64,000 nt of DNA from a virus, in the IMG/VR virus record IMGVR_UViG_3300042868_009121, positions 32,001 through 96,000 of that record, one strand, 5' to 3'. A program made the position numbers and the translations under genes. A model generated the notes under the pieces. That model had not been told where the DNA came from. It searched no databases and was given only the letters and a program-made list of their open reading frames with translations. Position 1 is the stretch's first letter. Every line of letters starts with the position of its first letter. Of the stretch, positions 49,601 to 58,298 are shown in pieces.

Positions 49601-51106
49601 TAAAACAACATCTACAAATTCAAATGTAATATATTTTTCAAGTTCTCCTATAGTTCCATTATCTTCTTTTCCTTTTGTTTTATAAGTAAATTTAAATTGT
49701 CTAGCATTTTTATCTCTTACAGATCCTATTGCATAAACTTTAGTTCCATTTGCAGTTTGTTCTAATACTAGATTAGATAAAAATTTTCCTATTTTATCAT
49801 TATCAAAAAGAGTTAAATTACTTCTAACTGTATCTAATTGATCAATATCAATAAGTCCATTATAAGATGAATTACTATCATATTTAATTACTTGACCAAT
49901 TCTTGTTATGTATATATATCTTTCATCATTTTTAGTTCTTACAATTGTATCAGGTTTAGGAAATTGTCCAGTAAATTCTTGAAATCTCTGTCTTTGATAT
50001 GTAGTTTTATTTCCTTCTGTTACAGTTGCAGTAATAGTCGTTATTTCTTCTGGTGCCGATGGTTTTATCTTTAATACCGTGCCTTTAATTTCTCCTGCTG
50101 CAGATAGATCTCTTAATGTTTGTTCTATTGTTTTTAATTTTCTATCTTGTACTGGCTCACTTCCTGTGGGAGGTTGGCTAGCAGCTATTTCTCTAGCTAA
50201 TTTGGCTTGCTCAATTTCAATTAAAGTTTTATTTAATCTCAATATTTCTTCTTCTAATAAAGAAGGGAGCGCTCCTGAATTATTTATTTTTATTGAGTCA
50301 CCTAAATATCCTAATCCTAATAATTTTATAGTGCAATCAAAACCTCCGTCTTGGTTATAAGAAAAATTAAAATTAGTAACCATTCCTAACATAGCATCGT
50401 AGTTACCTTCTGAGTCTCTTGAGTTTTGTGATATCTTTATATTAATATCTTCTTTAGTAAGACCTTGTTGAAATGGATCTATACTATACAACTCAGTAGA
50501 CATTATTTTGTCAGGAGTTTTATTTTTTGTGCTACCAGGATTAGGATAAAAATATGTATGCCCCCATTCAAGAAACATAGTAAATCCTAATTTAAAATAA
50601 AGAGCATCTATAATATCTAATTGATCTTTATCCCAGCATTTAAAATTAATTGTAGCTGCTCTTACTGATCCAAGCCTACCTTGAGTATCAATAGTAACAC
50701 TAGTAATACCTGGCATTGGTCTATAGCCAAAGTCTTGTATTTCTTTATTTCCTAACATTCCATAAGCTCCGTCTTTACCTAAACCTGATCTTAATTGATA
50801 TGAATTTTTATCAAGATATTTAGAAGTACCTCCAAATAAAATAAAATTTTTTGCAAGACTAGTTGAATCTTTTATATATTCATCTCCTACTAATCTTTTA
50901 AAATAATTAAGATCTTCTTGTGATTGCACATCTATTGAAGATACTAATCTAATCCAAGCTGTTTTGTTTGCTATAAATAAAACATTATCCGTATCTCTAG
51001 AGTCTGAAGCATTTTTCCTAGATCTAGTTTCTAATTGTTTTAATACCCAACTAGGTATCTGAGCCCCTATTATATTTGATATTTTGTTGTCTAATCCTTG
51101 TGCCAT
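46601..51106 (-). CDS. Large baseplate hub/spike-like protein with a possible C-terminal lysozyme-like domain
   Basis: RPMPGITSV...LEWG...NYDAMLG hub-like N-terminus; C-terminal LEGGY...GET.FGID; follows the tape measure and LysM-like genes. Confidence 0.6.
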   Translation of the reverse strand: MAQGLDNKISNIIGAQIPSWVLKQLETRSRKNASDSRDTDNVLFIANKTAWIRLVSSIDVQSQEDLNYFKRLVGDEYIKDSTSLAKNFILFGGTSKYLDKNSYQLRSGLGKDGAYGMLGNKEIQDFGYRPMPGITSVTIDTQGRLGSVRAATINFKCWDKDQLDIIDALYFKLGFTMFLEWGHTYFYPNPGSTKNKTPDKIMSTELYSIDPFQQGLTKEDINIKISQNSRDSEGNYDAMLGMVTNFNFSYNQDGGFDCTIKLLGLGYLGDSIKINNSGALPSLLEEEILRLNKTLIEIEQAKLAREIAASQPPTGSEPVQDRKLKTIEQTLRDLSAAGEIKGTVLKIKPSAPEEITTITATVTEGNKTTYQRQRFQEFTGQFPKPDTIVRTKNDERYIYITRIGQVIKYDSNSSYNGLIDIDQLDTVRSNLTLFDNDKIGKFLSNLVLEQTANGTKVYAIGSVRDKNARQFKFTYKTKGKEDNGTIGELEKYITFEFVDVVLKTPAGFDLVKDYILPAIRTALSKELKISVYEGQNDGLRVDFRGEYEITGYRTEVKDNQNEVESALSGGDVPASTPQTNKIAKVVKGTFKISTNDTAIIKDISTTEQNNLVEREEYLKKLNLQNQVQTPTQTPTPSPGAQSQIPKPDINAIATQIKQSLNYQSSLEIILRTIQVHALNKAINKTGAPDLDIGKTTHVLDLWDPKDKVSVIDVNNTKSKKPFLNQIFSSGIFSTFINELVNSEEIKDSEYTQVGVMDPITRFKINAKYGFATSLMGNKAFLSDLEPVNFKELLKAYVVPYQINQEIIKGTVANHPVYITLGQLLMILNHACTIYDTKKDSQFQTPLIYIDFNPELNFCLTNNKHLSTDPWTCLIPFEGSFQDFKALFDRDILSDNGASINLKEPVTLFNPETQDLLSGKLPKLKFDEQPISGESTKEIGNVYRGKLMNILLNIDYLVQLVQQYSHKDGSNAVYLKTFLEQVLTDVNKSLGNFNAFRLSYNDQANTYQIIDDQILPTLGNEDQLTALPENKDNTTELPLLGKYSIAKSIEIKSEISSKLSNMLAISANSTIPNKATLSTNGDSFGFINTNFIDRYITDKLEPTGSNLDKKNNEAIKNSAAQFNSTISDFYSKINPSQTTVAHATNYYIEKMTTLKNDDYATRASFMIPVSVNLTTDGISGFNMGQAFSIPDKLLPYTYTTRKTEGFSKDRVRNVGFVAVGLTHKIENNQWDTSIRANMIFLKNKGEFSGSVQKIEAKSGQFGINASNISIGSGTIGGTFIDSGLTAGVITVGPVTKTVNSFEEVTKQVIANLEGGYYNPIMFTDGRLDEKYRSRMGKSGETMFGIDRVAGGRINTTPAGIAFWKLIDDANAARTWKHNFIPQDPLKTQILNAAVQVMKPHFEGLFNSYVPNKELQDLIKTDGRLYFNFIYASWNGSGYFERFSNQITNAFNQGQRNTDELLKLFINLRLNTRIIYPNTDQNSFELIRDGGIKIAKLVGVQIV

Positions 51107-51108
51107 AA

Positions 51109-51414
51109 CTATTTTAAAATATTTATTTGTTTATATTGATTAATAACACTAGCTAAATCTGATGGAATTCTTAATTGAGTTCCGGGTTCTAAATATAAAG
51201 AATCTCCAGGCAAAGAATTTGCAGATGCTATTACCCACCAAAAACTAGTATCTCCATAAAAATCAAAAGATAATAGATCTAGTCTATCTCCTAATACTGT
51301 TATTACATAACTATCATCATTAGATAGAGGTATATCTGGATAAATATTATTTGAATAATATCTTTCTCCTGTATTATCTTTTGTTATTTCTATATTTTGA
51401 TATCTGTAGTTCAT
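51109..51414 (-). CDS. LysM-like baseplate wedge protein (gp53/TailX-like)
   Basis: GDRLDLLS..FYGD...WWVIA.AN. Confidence 0.8.
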   Translation of the reverse strand: MNYRYQNIEITKDNTGERYYSNNIYPDIPLSNDDSYVITVLGDRLDLLSFDFYGDTSFWWVIASANSLPGDSLYLEPGTQLRIPSDLASVINQYKQINILK

Positions 51415-51415
51415 T

Positions 51416-53311
51416 TTAACCTAATGATGATGGTGTATTTGGTGATTGAAATTGTCTAGTTAAATCACTACCTTGTTTTGTTGACTTTAATAATATATTT
51501 TTTTTATCTTCAAGTATTTTTTGAAATGGAGTTTTAAATTCTTGTTTAGGTATTGATTCTAATAAATTATAACTATTTGATCTAAGAACAGTTCTTTGAG
51601 ATACAGTTTGAGATAGTGTTGTTCCAGGATTAATAAAGCTAGCTTGACTTTCAGGAGGACCAAATTTTATATTAGCTATTAAAGCAGGAATATTTGTTGA
51701 AATAGTTGTTTCATCTGTATAAACTTCTGCTCCTAAAGCATCAGAAGATAAAGTATTTCTAGTAGATCTAGTAACAGAATCAATACTAGCTCTTTTAGGA
51801 AGTATATCCATAATAGGTTTAAATGATATAGATATATCTAAAACTTGCGGTAATTGAGCTACATCTCCTAATTGACTTTTCTCTAAATTAATTTCCCAAG
51901 GATAGTTATTATCAACAGTAACATTTACACTTTCTAAAAATCCTGGTACTCTGTAAAGATAATCTCCTATTGTAATTCTAACTACAGGAGCTCTCATAAT
52001 TCCAGTTTGCGCACTATAATCTGGATATACTTGACTAATTAAGGAATTTACTTTATTATACAAAGGTTTTAATTCACTTTTAGAACCTGCTGCAACTCTA
52101 AATGCAAAACTTATAGTTCTATCAAAACCTTGATAAGTATAAAAGTTTTCACCTCTACCTATATATTTAAAACCATTTAATGCGGCTGAGTTATTATCAG
52201 TTAGTCCAGCAGTTAAAAAAGCTCTAAAAAATAAAGCTGTTGAAAGAGATGTATTATCGTTAGATATTGCTTCAAAAACAAATTTAATTAAATCGTCTGT
52301 TTCTTTTCCACCTGTTTCCCAAGGAGCTTGATTATTATTAAAAATACGTGGTCCTAAAAGGTTCATCCTATCTTGATATAAACCAGGAGATACGTAAAAT
52401 CTATCATGTATTTGATTATTTCCCCAAGGAGTATAGTTTACAAAAAGAGGAAGTTGATCTCTAAAATCTTGTATTCTAGGTTTTGCATTTTCAAAATTAG
52501 AATTTTGAGTTCTAAGTTGATCATAAGTCATAGCACTAAATGATAATAACTTAGTAGTATCAACAACTCTCTTTACAGTAGTTACACCTATACCATAAGT
52601 AGATCCAGGACCTCCCCAATATTGAAATATAAAATTTTTATTTAGTGATATTCCTAAAGTATTTACTGTGTTTATATTTCCTACTTCATTTGCATTTGCT
52701 ATTTGTTCTAAATTACTACTCATTTTAAGATTATTTAAAATAAGTAGCCTATTATTTACAGATTGGTTATCTACATTTTGAGAATTAACTATATCATAGT
52801 AATGTTTTTGAAAAGGATTAAAAGGCATTAAACCGTGTCTAATAGCATGCGCTCCTGTTCCAGAAGCTCCTACTTGTGCTAATGTATTTAATCCTTTATT
52901 ATAAACTCTAGTATTTTCTAAAAGTCCAGGAAGTGTTGCTGATTGGCCAAAACCATATAAGGTATTTCCTGTTTCTATTTTAGGATTAGATAATTGTAGA
53001 CCGATTTGTTTTTCTATAAAAGCTTTACCTCTAGGAGCATCTTCAAAAAATTTTCTAATTCTTGTTTTATCTATTTGAGTAGATAAAGTAAAAGTCTGTG
53101 TTCCTATATTAAATTTAATATCTCCACCACGAATAGGAAAATCTAAATTGCCAGTAGATCCTGGTCTAAAAATAGGCTTAAATGTTCCTGTTGCATTAAT
53201 TAAATCAGGAATAGCCGTTTGAATATAAGGTAGGCCTGAAGAACCATATCCTGGTTGATCATTGCCAAACCTTAAGGTTTTTAGATTAGTTTTTAAATCT
53301 ATTAGTGGCAT
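51416..53311 (-). CDS. Baseplate/tail-tube-initiator-like protein
   Basis: FRAFL...D, YIGRGE.FY.Y.GF.R.ISF.F, P.VRITIGD; position after the tape measure gene. Confidence 0.6.
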   Translation of the reverse strand: MPLIDLKTNLKTLRFGNDQPGYGSSGLPYIQTAIPDLINATGTFKPIFRPGSTGNLDFPIRGGDIKFNIGTQTFTLSTQIDKTRIRKFFEDAPRGKAFIEKQIGLQLSNPKIETGNTLYGFGQSATLPGLLENTRVYNKGLNTLAQVGASGTGAHAIRHGLMPFNPFQKHYYDIVNSQNVDNQSVNNRLLILNNLKMSSNLEQIANANEVGNINTVNTLGISLNKNFIFQYWGGPGSTYGIGVTTVKRVVDTTKLLSFSAMTYDQLRTQNSNFENAKPRIQDFRDQLPLFVNYTPWGNNQIHDRFYVSPGLYQDRMNLLGPRIFNNNQAPWETGGKETDDLIKFVFEAISNDNTSLSTALFFRAFLTAGLTDNNSAALNGFKYIGRGENFYTYQGFDRTISFAFRVAAGSKSELKPLYNKVNSLISQVYPDYSAQTGIMRAPVVRITIGDYLYRVPGFLESVNVTVDNNYPWEINLEKSQLGDVAQLPQVLDISISFKPIMDILPKRASIDSVTRSTRNTLSSDALGAEVYTDETTISTNIPALIANIKFGPPESQASFINPGTTLSQTVSQRTVLRSNSYNLLESIPKQEFKTPFQKILEDKKNILLKSTKQGSDLTRQFQSPNTPSSLG

Positions 53312-53323
53312 TTTATTAATTTA

Positions 53324-56083
53324 TTATTTAAGACGCATCATTTCATATGTTTGCTCATCAACTTGTTTTTCTATAGTTTTTCCTGTTACAGGATCAATAA
53401 AAATAATATTATATACTTTTGTATTATTTTCTTTCCCTCCAGCCATACTCATACTATTGTCTTCTTTTTTAGATGTTGTTTCTGATTTATATTTATCATT
53501 AGCAGCTGCGTCTTGTACTGTAGTTGCGCCATAATCTCCGGTTCCTTTAATTCTACTGGACATTTCTACTGATCCTTCCCTTACTTTAGCTGCTATTCTA
53601 TAAGCTTCGGCTTCTCTTTGATCTCCTTTTTCTCCAAAAGTAAAAAAGTTTGCTATTTCTCCACCAACTTCAATAATATCAGCTAACATTTCTCCAGCGA
53701 ATTCTACAAAAGTTGAAATTGTATCTCTTATAGTTCCTATAATACCTCTAATAGTTTCTGGTTTAGAGAGTTTATCTACAAATGCTTCTACTTTTTCTAT
53801 TATTCCACTACGTTCAATAAATTCTACAATAGATTGTTTTATTTTTTCTATAGTTAATGCAAGTTTTTCTTGTGCTGATGCTCTAACTAAATCATTATAA
53901 GCTGCTTCTCCACCTGCTTTATTTATAGCCTCTTGCTCTCTACCAGATTGCCTTAATAAATCTACTTGTTTTAATAAATCTTCTCTATTCTTAACACCAA
54001 ATTTAGAATACAACTCTTGTTGTTTAAGCATATCTGCCATTTGGTCTCTAGACATTCCCATTGCTTCTGCTAAAGACTCCTGCTGTATTCTATTCATATT
54101 AGAATATCCTGCAGCATCGCCAGTATACTTTGCAATTTCTGCAGCAGCTCCTGCTAAATCATTATTTAAAAATAATTCTCTTGCTTTATTTAAATTAATA
54201 TCTTTTCCTGTTAAAAGTTGGGCTTCAAATTCTTTTGATATAGATGATTCAAAATCTAAGAATGAACTTGCCATTCCATCTAATTGCTTTAGTTCTAAAC
54301 CTAAAGCTTTACTAGTAAGAAATGCTTTTGTTAATTTTTCAGGATATTTTGCAAATTGAAGTCCTAAATATCCTCCAAGATTTGATACTTCTTTTAATAC
54401 TTGTTGATATTGAAAGCTTACGCCTATAGCTCTTTGTAAACCTTTAACTTGACCAAGTACAGATTTAACAGTTCCTTCAGCACTTTTACCAGTTATTTGA
54501 GCAGATTCTGCAATTTTAGCTCTAGTATCTGCTTCTAAACCTGCAAACTCTTTTAATTTAATATTAGTTCTTAATATTTCCCCACTTAAAATATTTGTAA
54601 TTCCAGTTTGTTGAGTTAATTCTAATTGAGACTGAAGTAATTTTTTACCGGTAGTATAGATATCACCTGCTGCTTGAGATGATGCAGCAAGACCTCTATA
54701 TAAACCCCTTGCACCTTCTGCTGAAAGATTTAATTGTCTTCCAGTTTGAACAATCATATTATCTACACCAAGAACTAAATCTAATAAAGCAGAAAATCCA
54801 TCTATTAAACCACCTACTAACCCACCTACTAAAGGTATTTTTCTTGCTAAATCTGAAATTCCTCCTGTAAGACCTCTTACTACATTTCCAGAATCCTCAG
54901 ATAAACCAGCTAAAAAATCTCCTGTTTTAGCAGCTGCATTACCTACCATATCAAAGCCTGCAGATACTCCTTTATAAGCAAGTCCTACGGCTCCTAAAGC
55001 TGCACCGTATTTAAATACAGGATCTGTTTTAAAATTATCTATTGCTCCTTTTCCTATAGCCTTTACACCAACTTTTGCTACACTTAATTTATCTTTAAAA
55101 GTGCCAGATTTTCTTCCCGATGCTAGTGCTTCTGCAGCTAATTCTTTTTGGCGCAAAACCATTTGAGCTTGAACTTCTTCAGAAACTTTAAATTTCTCTG
55201 CTAAACCTCCAACTAATTTTCCAAGAACTCCAGCATTTTTTTGTGATCTTTTTTCAAAATCTTCTTGAGATTTTAGTTTCTGGTTATTTGAATCGTATAA
55301 ATCATTTGTTTTTTTAGCCTGGATATATGCTGCTTGTTCTAAGTTTAATCCTTGTTGTATAGTAGCAATCTCTTCTTCTTTTTTCTTTATAGTTTCAGAA
55401 GCTTGAGTTAAAATATTTTTTCCATTAATAAACTCTTGTTGATCTACTGAAAAAGAACCTTCTTGTAAAGTTATTTCATCTTTTAATTTAGATAATTTTT
55501 GTTTATTAAACTCTAAATCTTTTTGTGCATTTTTACCTTTTCTTTCAGATAAACTAGCAATATAATCTTCTAATTTTCTTTGATCTTCTAATTTTTTAAA
55601 ATAGCTATCTACAGAATCTAATTCTTCTTTTTTTGTTGTCTTTAATTTATTTTCTAAAGTAATAAATTTAGACCTTTCTTTAAGAAATGAATCTTCTAAA
55701 GTACTTCTTTCTTCTAAAGATTTTAAATATTGATCTGCTACTTTAACTTGTTCTGACTGGGCGCCGCCTAATTTTAATGCAAACTCAGTAAGCTTTCTTT
55801 TATTTACATTCTGCTCAATTAAATTTTTAGTTATTTCATGCTGAACTTGTTTTATATTAATTGTTGTATTACTATATGATTCTAATTTAGCAGCGATGGT
55901 ATCATGTTGCTTTATAGATTTCTGTAATTCTCTTACAGAGTCTCTTAAAATGTCTCTATAATCACCTTCTAATCGAAGTTGTTCTTTTAGACTATCTAAA
56001 AGTTCTTTGCCTGTAGATCTAAGTTGATTAGATCCTTGATTAGGCCCTTGTGCTCCTGGTGTGTTTTGATTCTCGTTAGACAT
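53324..56083 (-). CDS. Tape measure protein
   Basis: Long helical Ala/Gly/Leu-rich protein, LDFESSI..E.EAQLLTGK..NL..AR; follows the tail chaperones. Confidence 0.8.
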   Translation of the reverse strand: MSNENQNTPGAQGPNQGSNQLRSTGKELLDSLKEQLRLEGDYRDILRDSVRELQKSIKQHDTIAAKLESYSNTTINIKQVQHEITKNLIEQNVNKRKLTEFALKLGGAQSEQVKVADQYLKSLEERSTLEDSFLKERSKFITLENKLKTTKKEELDSVDSYFKKLEDQRKLEDYIASLSERKGKNAQKDLEFNKQKLSKLKDEITLQEGSFSVDQQEFINGKNILTQASETIKKKEEEIATIQQGLNLEQAAYIQAKKTNDLYDSNNQKLKSQEDFEKRSQKNAGVLGKLVGGLAEKFKVSEEVQAQMVLRQKELAAEALASGRKSGTFKDKLSVAKVGVKAIGKGAIDNFKTDPVFKYGAALGAVGLAYKGVSAGFDMVGNAAAKTGDFLAGLSEDSGNVVRGLTGGISDLARKIPLVGGLVGGLIDGFSALLDLVLGVDNMIVQTGRQLNLSAEGARGLYRGLAASSQAAGDIYTTGKKLLQSQLELTQQTGITNILSGEILRTNIKLKEFAGLEADTRAKIAESAQITGKSAEGTVKSVLGQVKGLQRAIGVSFQYQQVLKEVSNLGGYLGLQFAKYPEKLTKAFLTSKALGLELKQLDGMASSFLDFESSISKEFEAQLLTGKDINLNKARELFLNNDLAGAAAEIAKYTGDAAGYSNMNRIQQESLAEAMGMSRDQMADMLKQQELYSKFGVKNREDLLKQVDLLRQSGREQEAINKAGGEAAYNDLVRASAQEKLALTIEKIKQSIVEFIERSGIIEKVEAFVDKLSKPETIRGIIGTIRDTISTFVEFAGEMLADIIEVGGEIANFFTFGEKGDQREAEAYRIAAKVREGSVEMSSRIKGTGDYGATTVQDAAANDKYKSETTSKKEDNSMSMAGGKENNTKVYNIIFIDPVTGKTIEKQVDEQTYEMMRLK

Positions 56084-56110
56084 TTATTAGTATTACCTAC
56101 GAATAAATAT

Positions 56111-56368
56111 TTACTTTTTCTTTTTTACTTTGGAAACAAATGAAGGCTGTTCTAAGTTATTTTTTACAACATCCGGAATTTTAAATTTATTCATATCAGT
56201 TTTTTCGGTAACCTGCTGACGACTTTCGTCGCGCATCTGTTCAATCTTTTCTAGATATTCAGATATCTTTTTAAGATTGAAACGCCTTTTAGGAATATCC
56301 ATATTCCAAACTTCAGAATATGTAAATCCCCCACCACCGTGATATGTAAGCTCAAAAACTTCTGTCAT
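56111..56368 (-). CDS. Tail assembly chaperone C-terminal ORF (likely frameshift extension)
   Basis: HGGGGFTYSEVWNMDI..RRF; in the +1 frame relative to the upstream chaperone. Confidence 0.7.
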   Translation of the reverse strand: MTEVFELTYHGGGGFTYSEVWNMDIPKRRFNLKKISEYLEKIEQMRDESRQQVTEKTDMNKFKIPDVVKNNLEQPSFVSKVKKKK

Positions 56369-56378
56369 GAATGCGGAC

Positions 56379-57146
56379 CTATAGTCCGCTCCCGGGAAAA
56401 AAGAAGTCTATTGTCATTGGTAAGTCTAAATCGACTTCACTACCATCGGACAATACGACTGTAGTATTCATTAGTATATCTGGTGTAACAGAAGCTATAT
56501 ATTTACGGAGTTCAATAGAATCCATAGAAAGCAAATATCCTTGATCAATAAAGTCTCTAACTGTTTTAACTGAATAATCTCCATTAATAGCAATAATCTG
56601 GTGTTTAAGCCTTGTTGAAACTGCTCCGGCTTCTAAACCTAAATTCTTTTTTACACCTTTAATTTCTTCATCAATTTTTTTATCATCTGATACAGTTAAT
56701 ACTTTGAATGTAACTGTATTTCCTGATTTTGGAAGTTTAAATTCAAATTCGTTTTTATTATTAAATAAAGACCAATCTAATTCTTTATACTTAAGATTTT
56801 GTAAATCTATAGTTAACTTCTCTTCTTCACCTGTATTAGGATTTTTATACATAAAAGAATAATCTTTTCCATATGCTAATATCCTAGCAGCGATCAGTAA
56901 GCCATTCCTGTCACCTAAGGTTAGGTCTTCATAATTAATTGGTGCTTTGATTAGGCTCTTAAGCATCTTCTCAATGGCGAGGCCCTGGCGCAGCAGGTTG
57001 ACATTTGTAAGGATGTCTTCCTCTTTAGCCGTCATATACTTCATTTCAATTTGACCAGATGATAGAGTATTTTCTTTAGGATAGATAAGACCTTTAGAAG
57101 GTAGGTCGATTAATTCTGTTGGTACTGTAAACTTTTGTTCAGACAT
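56379..57146 (-). CDS. Tail/baseplate assembly chaperone (T4 gp26-like)
   Basis: LPSKG..Y, MTAKEEDIL, GDRN.LL.AARI..YG..Y, F.LP.S; ends FFFP. Confidence 0.8.
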   Translation of the reverse strand: MSEQKFTVPTELIDLPSKGLIYPKENTLSSGQIEMKYMTAKEEDILTNVNLLRQGLAIEKMLKSLIKAPINYEDLTLGDRNGLLIAARILAYGKDYSFMYKNPNTGEEEKLTIDLQNLKYKELDWSLFNNKNEFEFKLPKSGNTVTFKVLTVSDDKKIDEEIKGVKKNLGLEAGAVSTRLKHQIIAINGDYSVKTVRDFIDQGYLLSMDSIELRKYIASVTPDILMNTTVVLSDGSEVDLDLPMTIDFFFPGSGL

Positions 57147-57192
57147 AAAACGTATTTATTTATAAATATAAGAATAATTAATTTTATAAAAT

Positions 57193-57217
57193 AAAAAAAG
57201 CCTCTAGTAATAGAGGC
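57193..57217 (-). terminator. Intrinsic terminator after tail tube gene
   Basis: GCCTCTA-TTAC-TAGAGGC followed by T7. Confidence 0.8.
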
Positions 57218-57241
57218 CTTTCTTTTAAATATATAATTATT

Positions 57242-57727
57242 CTAGTAGTTAAGTACACAATAATCCATTCCTATTGAAATAGTTAATTCAGTTGGATCAG
57301 ATGTTGACCAGTCGTAGTTTCCAAAAGTAGCTTCTTTAATGAAAGCGCCTTTAACAATCCACTCACTCACAATATCACCTACTGGACCTAAGATAGACAA
57401 GTTAAGATCTTTCTTATAAAAGTCAGAATAACCATCACGACCAGTTACTGATTCATGGTGAAGACGTACCCATTCCATTACAGCTTGTTGTCCTGAAGGA
57501 GATACTGGGTTATAAAGTGCTAAGCTCATATCTCTCCATTCAGCTTTACCTTTTATCTTACGATAAACATTGATATGGTCGAGTTTGATCTCATTTAAAG
57601 TTACACCTGGGGCGTCTGCCTTCTTAATCATGTAAGAAGGAATACCATCAATATACATCACAAATCTATTTGATACTGTAGGTTCAAACGCTGTGAACAT
57701 TATTTCATTAGGATCCAATACTGGCAT
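57242..57727 (-). CDS. Tail tube protein (T4 gp19-like)
   Basis: FEP...NRF, W..M...LY.P..PSG.QAVMEW, L.PVGD.V.EW...GAF; follows the sheath gene. Confidence 0.88.
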   Translation of the reverse strand: MPVLDPNEIMFTAFEPTVSNRFVMYIDGIPSYMIKKADAPGVTLNEIKLDHINVYRKIKGKAEWRDMSLALYNPVSPSGQQAVMEWVRLHHESVTGRDGYSDFYKKDLNLSILGPVGDIVSEWIVKGAFIKEATFGNYDWSTSDPTELTISIGMDYCVLNY

Positions 57728-57771
57728 TGTATGTTAAGTTTTATTCTACTTATAAATATTCGACAACGAAT

Positions 57772-58281
57772 TTATTTATCTTCTGCGTCTTTTTTCTTCT
57801 CTTCAAAAAAACTAGTATCTGTAGATCCAGCACCTGTTTTTTGATCAAGAGATTTTCTAGCTTCAGGATCTTGTTTAATTTTATCAGCAATCATTTTTGC
57901 AATACCAGTAATACCTCCAACACCCGCAAGAAATCCTGCGTTATCTTTTGCAAAATCTACTATTTGACCAATAGCATCCATTATTTCAGGACTAACAGCT
58001 TCTTCTACGCTTGCTTTTTTATCAGAAGTTTCCATCTCTTGAATTTTTTTATCAAGAGCATCTTTAGCTTTTTTTAATTCATCTAAAGATCTATCTTTTT
58101 TATCATGTTTCATTTCTTCTACTTTTTTCATTCCGTCTTTAGGAGCTTTCTTTTCTTTCACAACTGTCCAGTCACCATAGGTTTTACCACCTTTTTTGGC
58201 TTCAGTCAATGTTAATTGCTTCTTTACACTCTCGTATAAGTGAGCAGGTACTTTAATTCTTAAAATTGTATTATCGTTCAT
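57772..58281 (-). CDS. Hypothetical Lys/Glu-rich protein
   Basis: ORF between sheath and tube genes. Confidence 0.65.
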   Translation of the reverse strand: MNDNTILRIKVPAHLYESVKKQLTLTEAKKGGKTYGDWTVVKEKKAPKDGMKKVEEMKHDKKDRSLDELKKAKDALDKKIQEMETSDKKASVEEAVSPEIMDAIGQIVDFAKDNAGFLAGVGGITGIAKMIADKIKQDPEARKSLDQKTGAGSTDTSFFEEKKKDAEDK

Positions 58282-58298
58282 CTTAAGGTTGTTTTATT

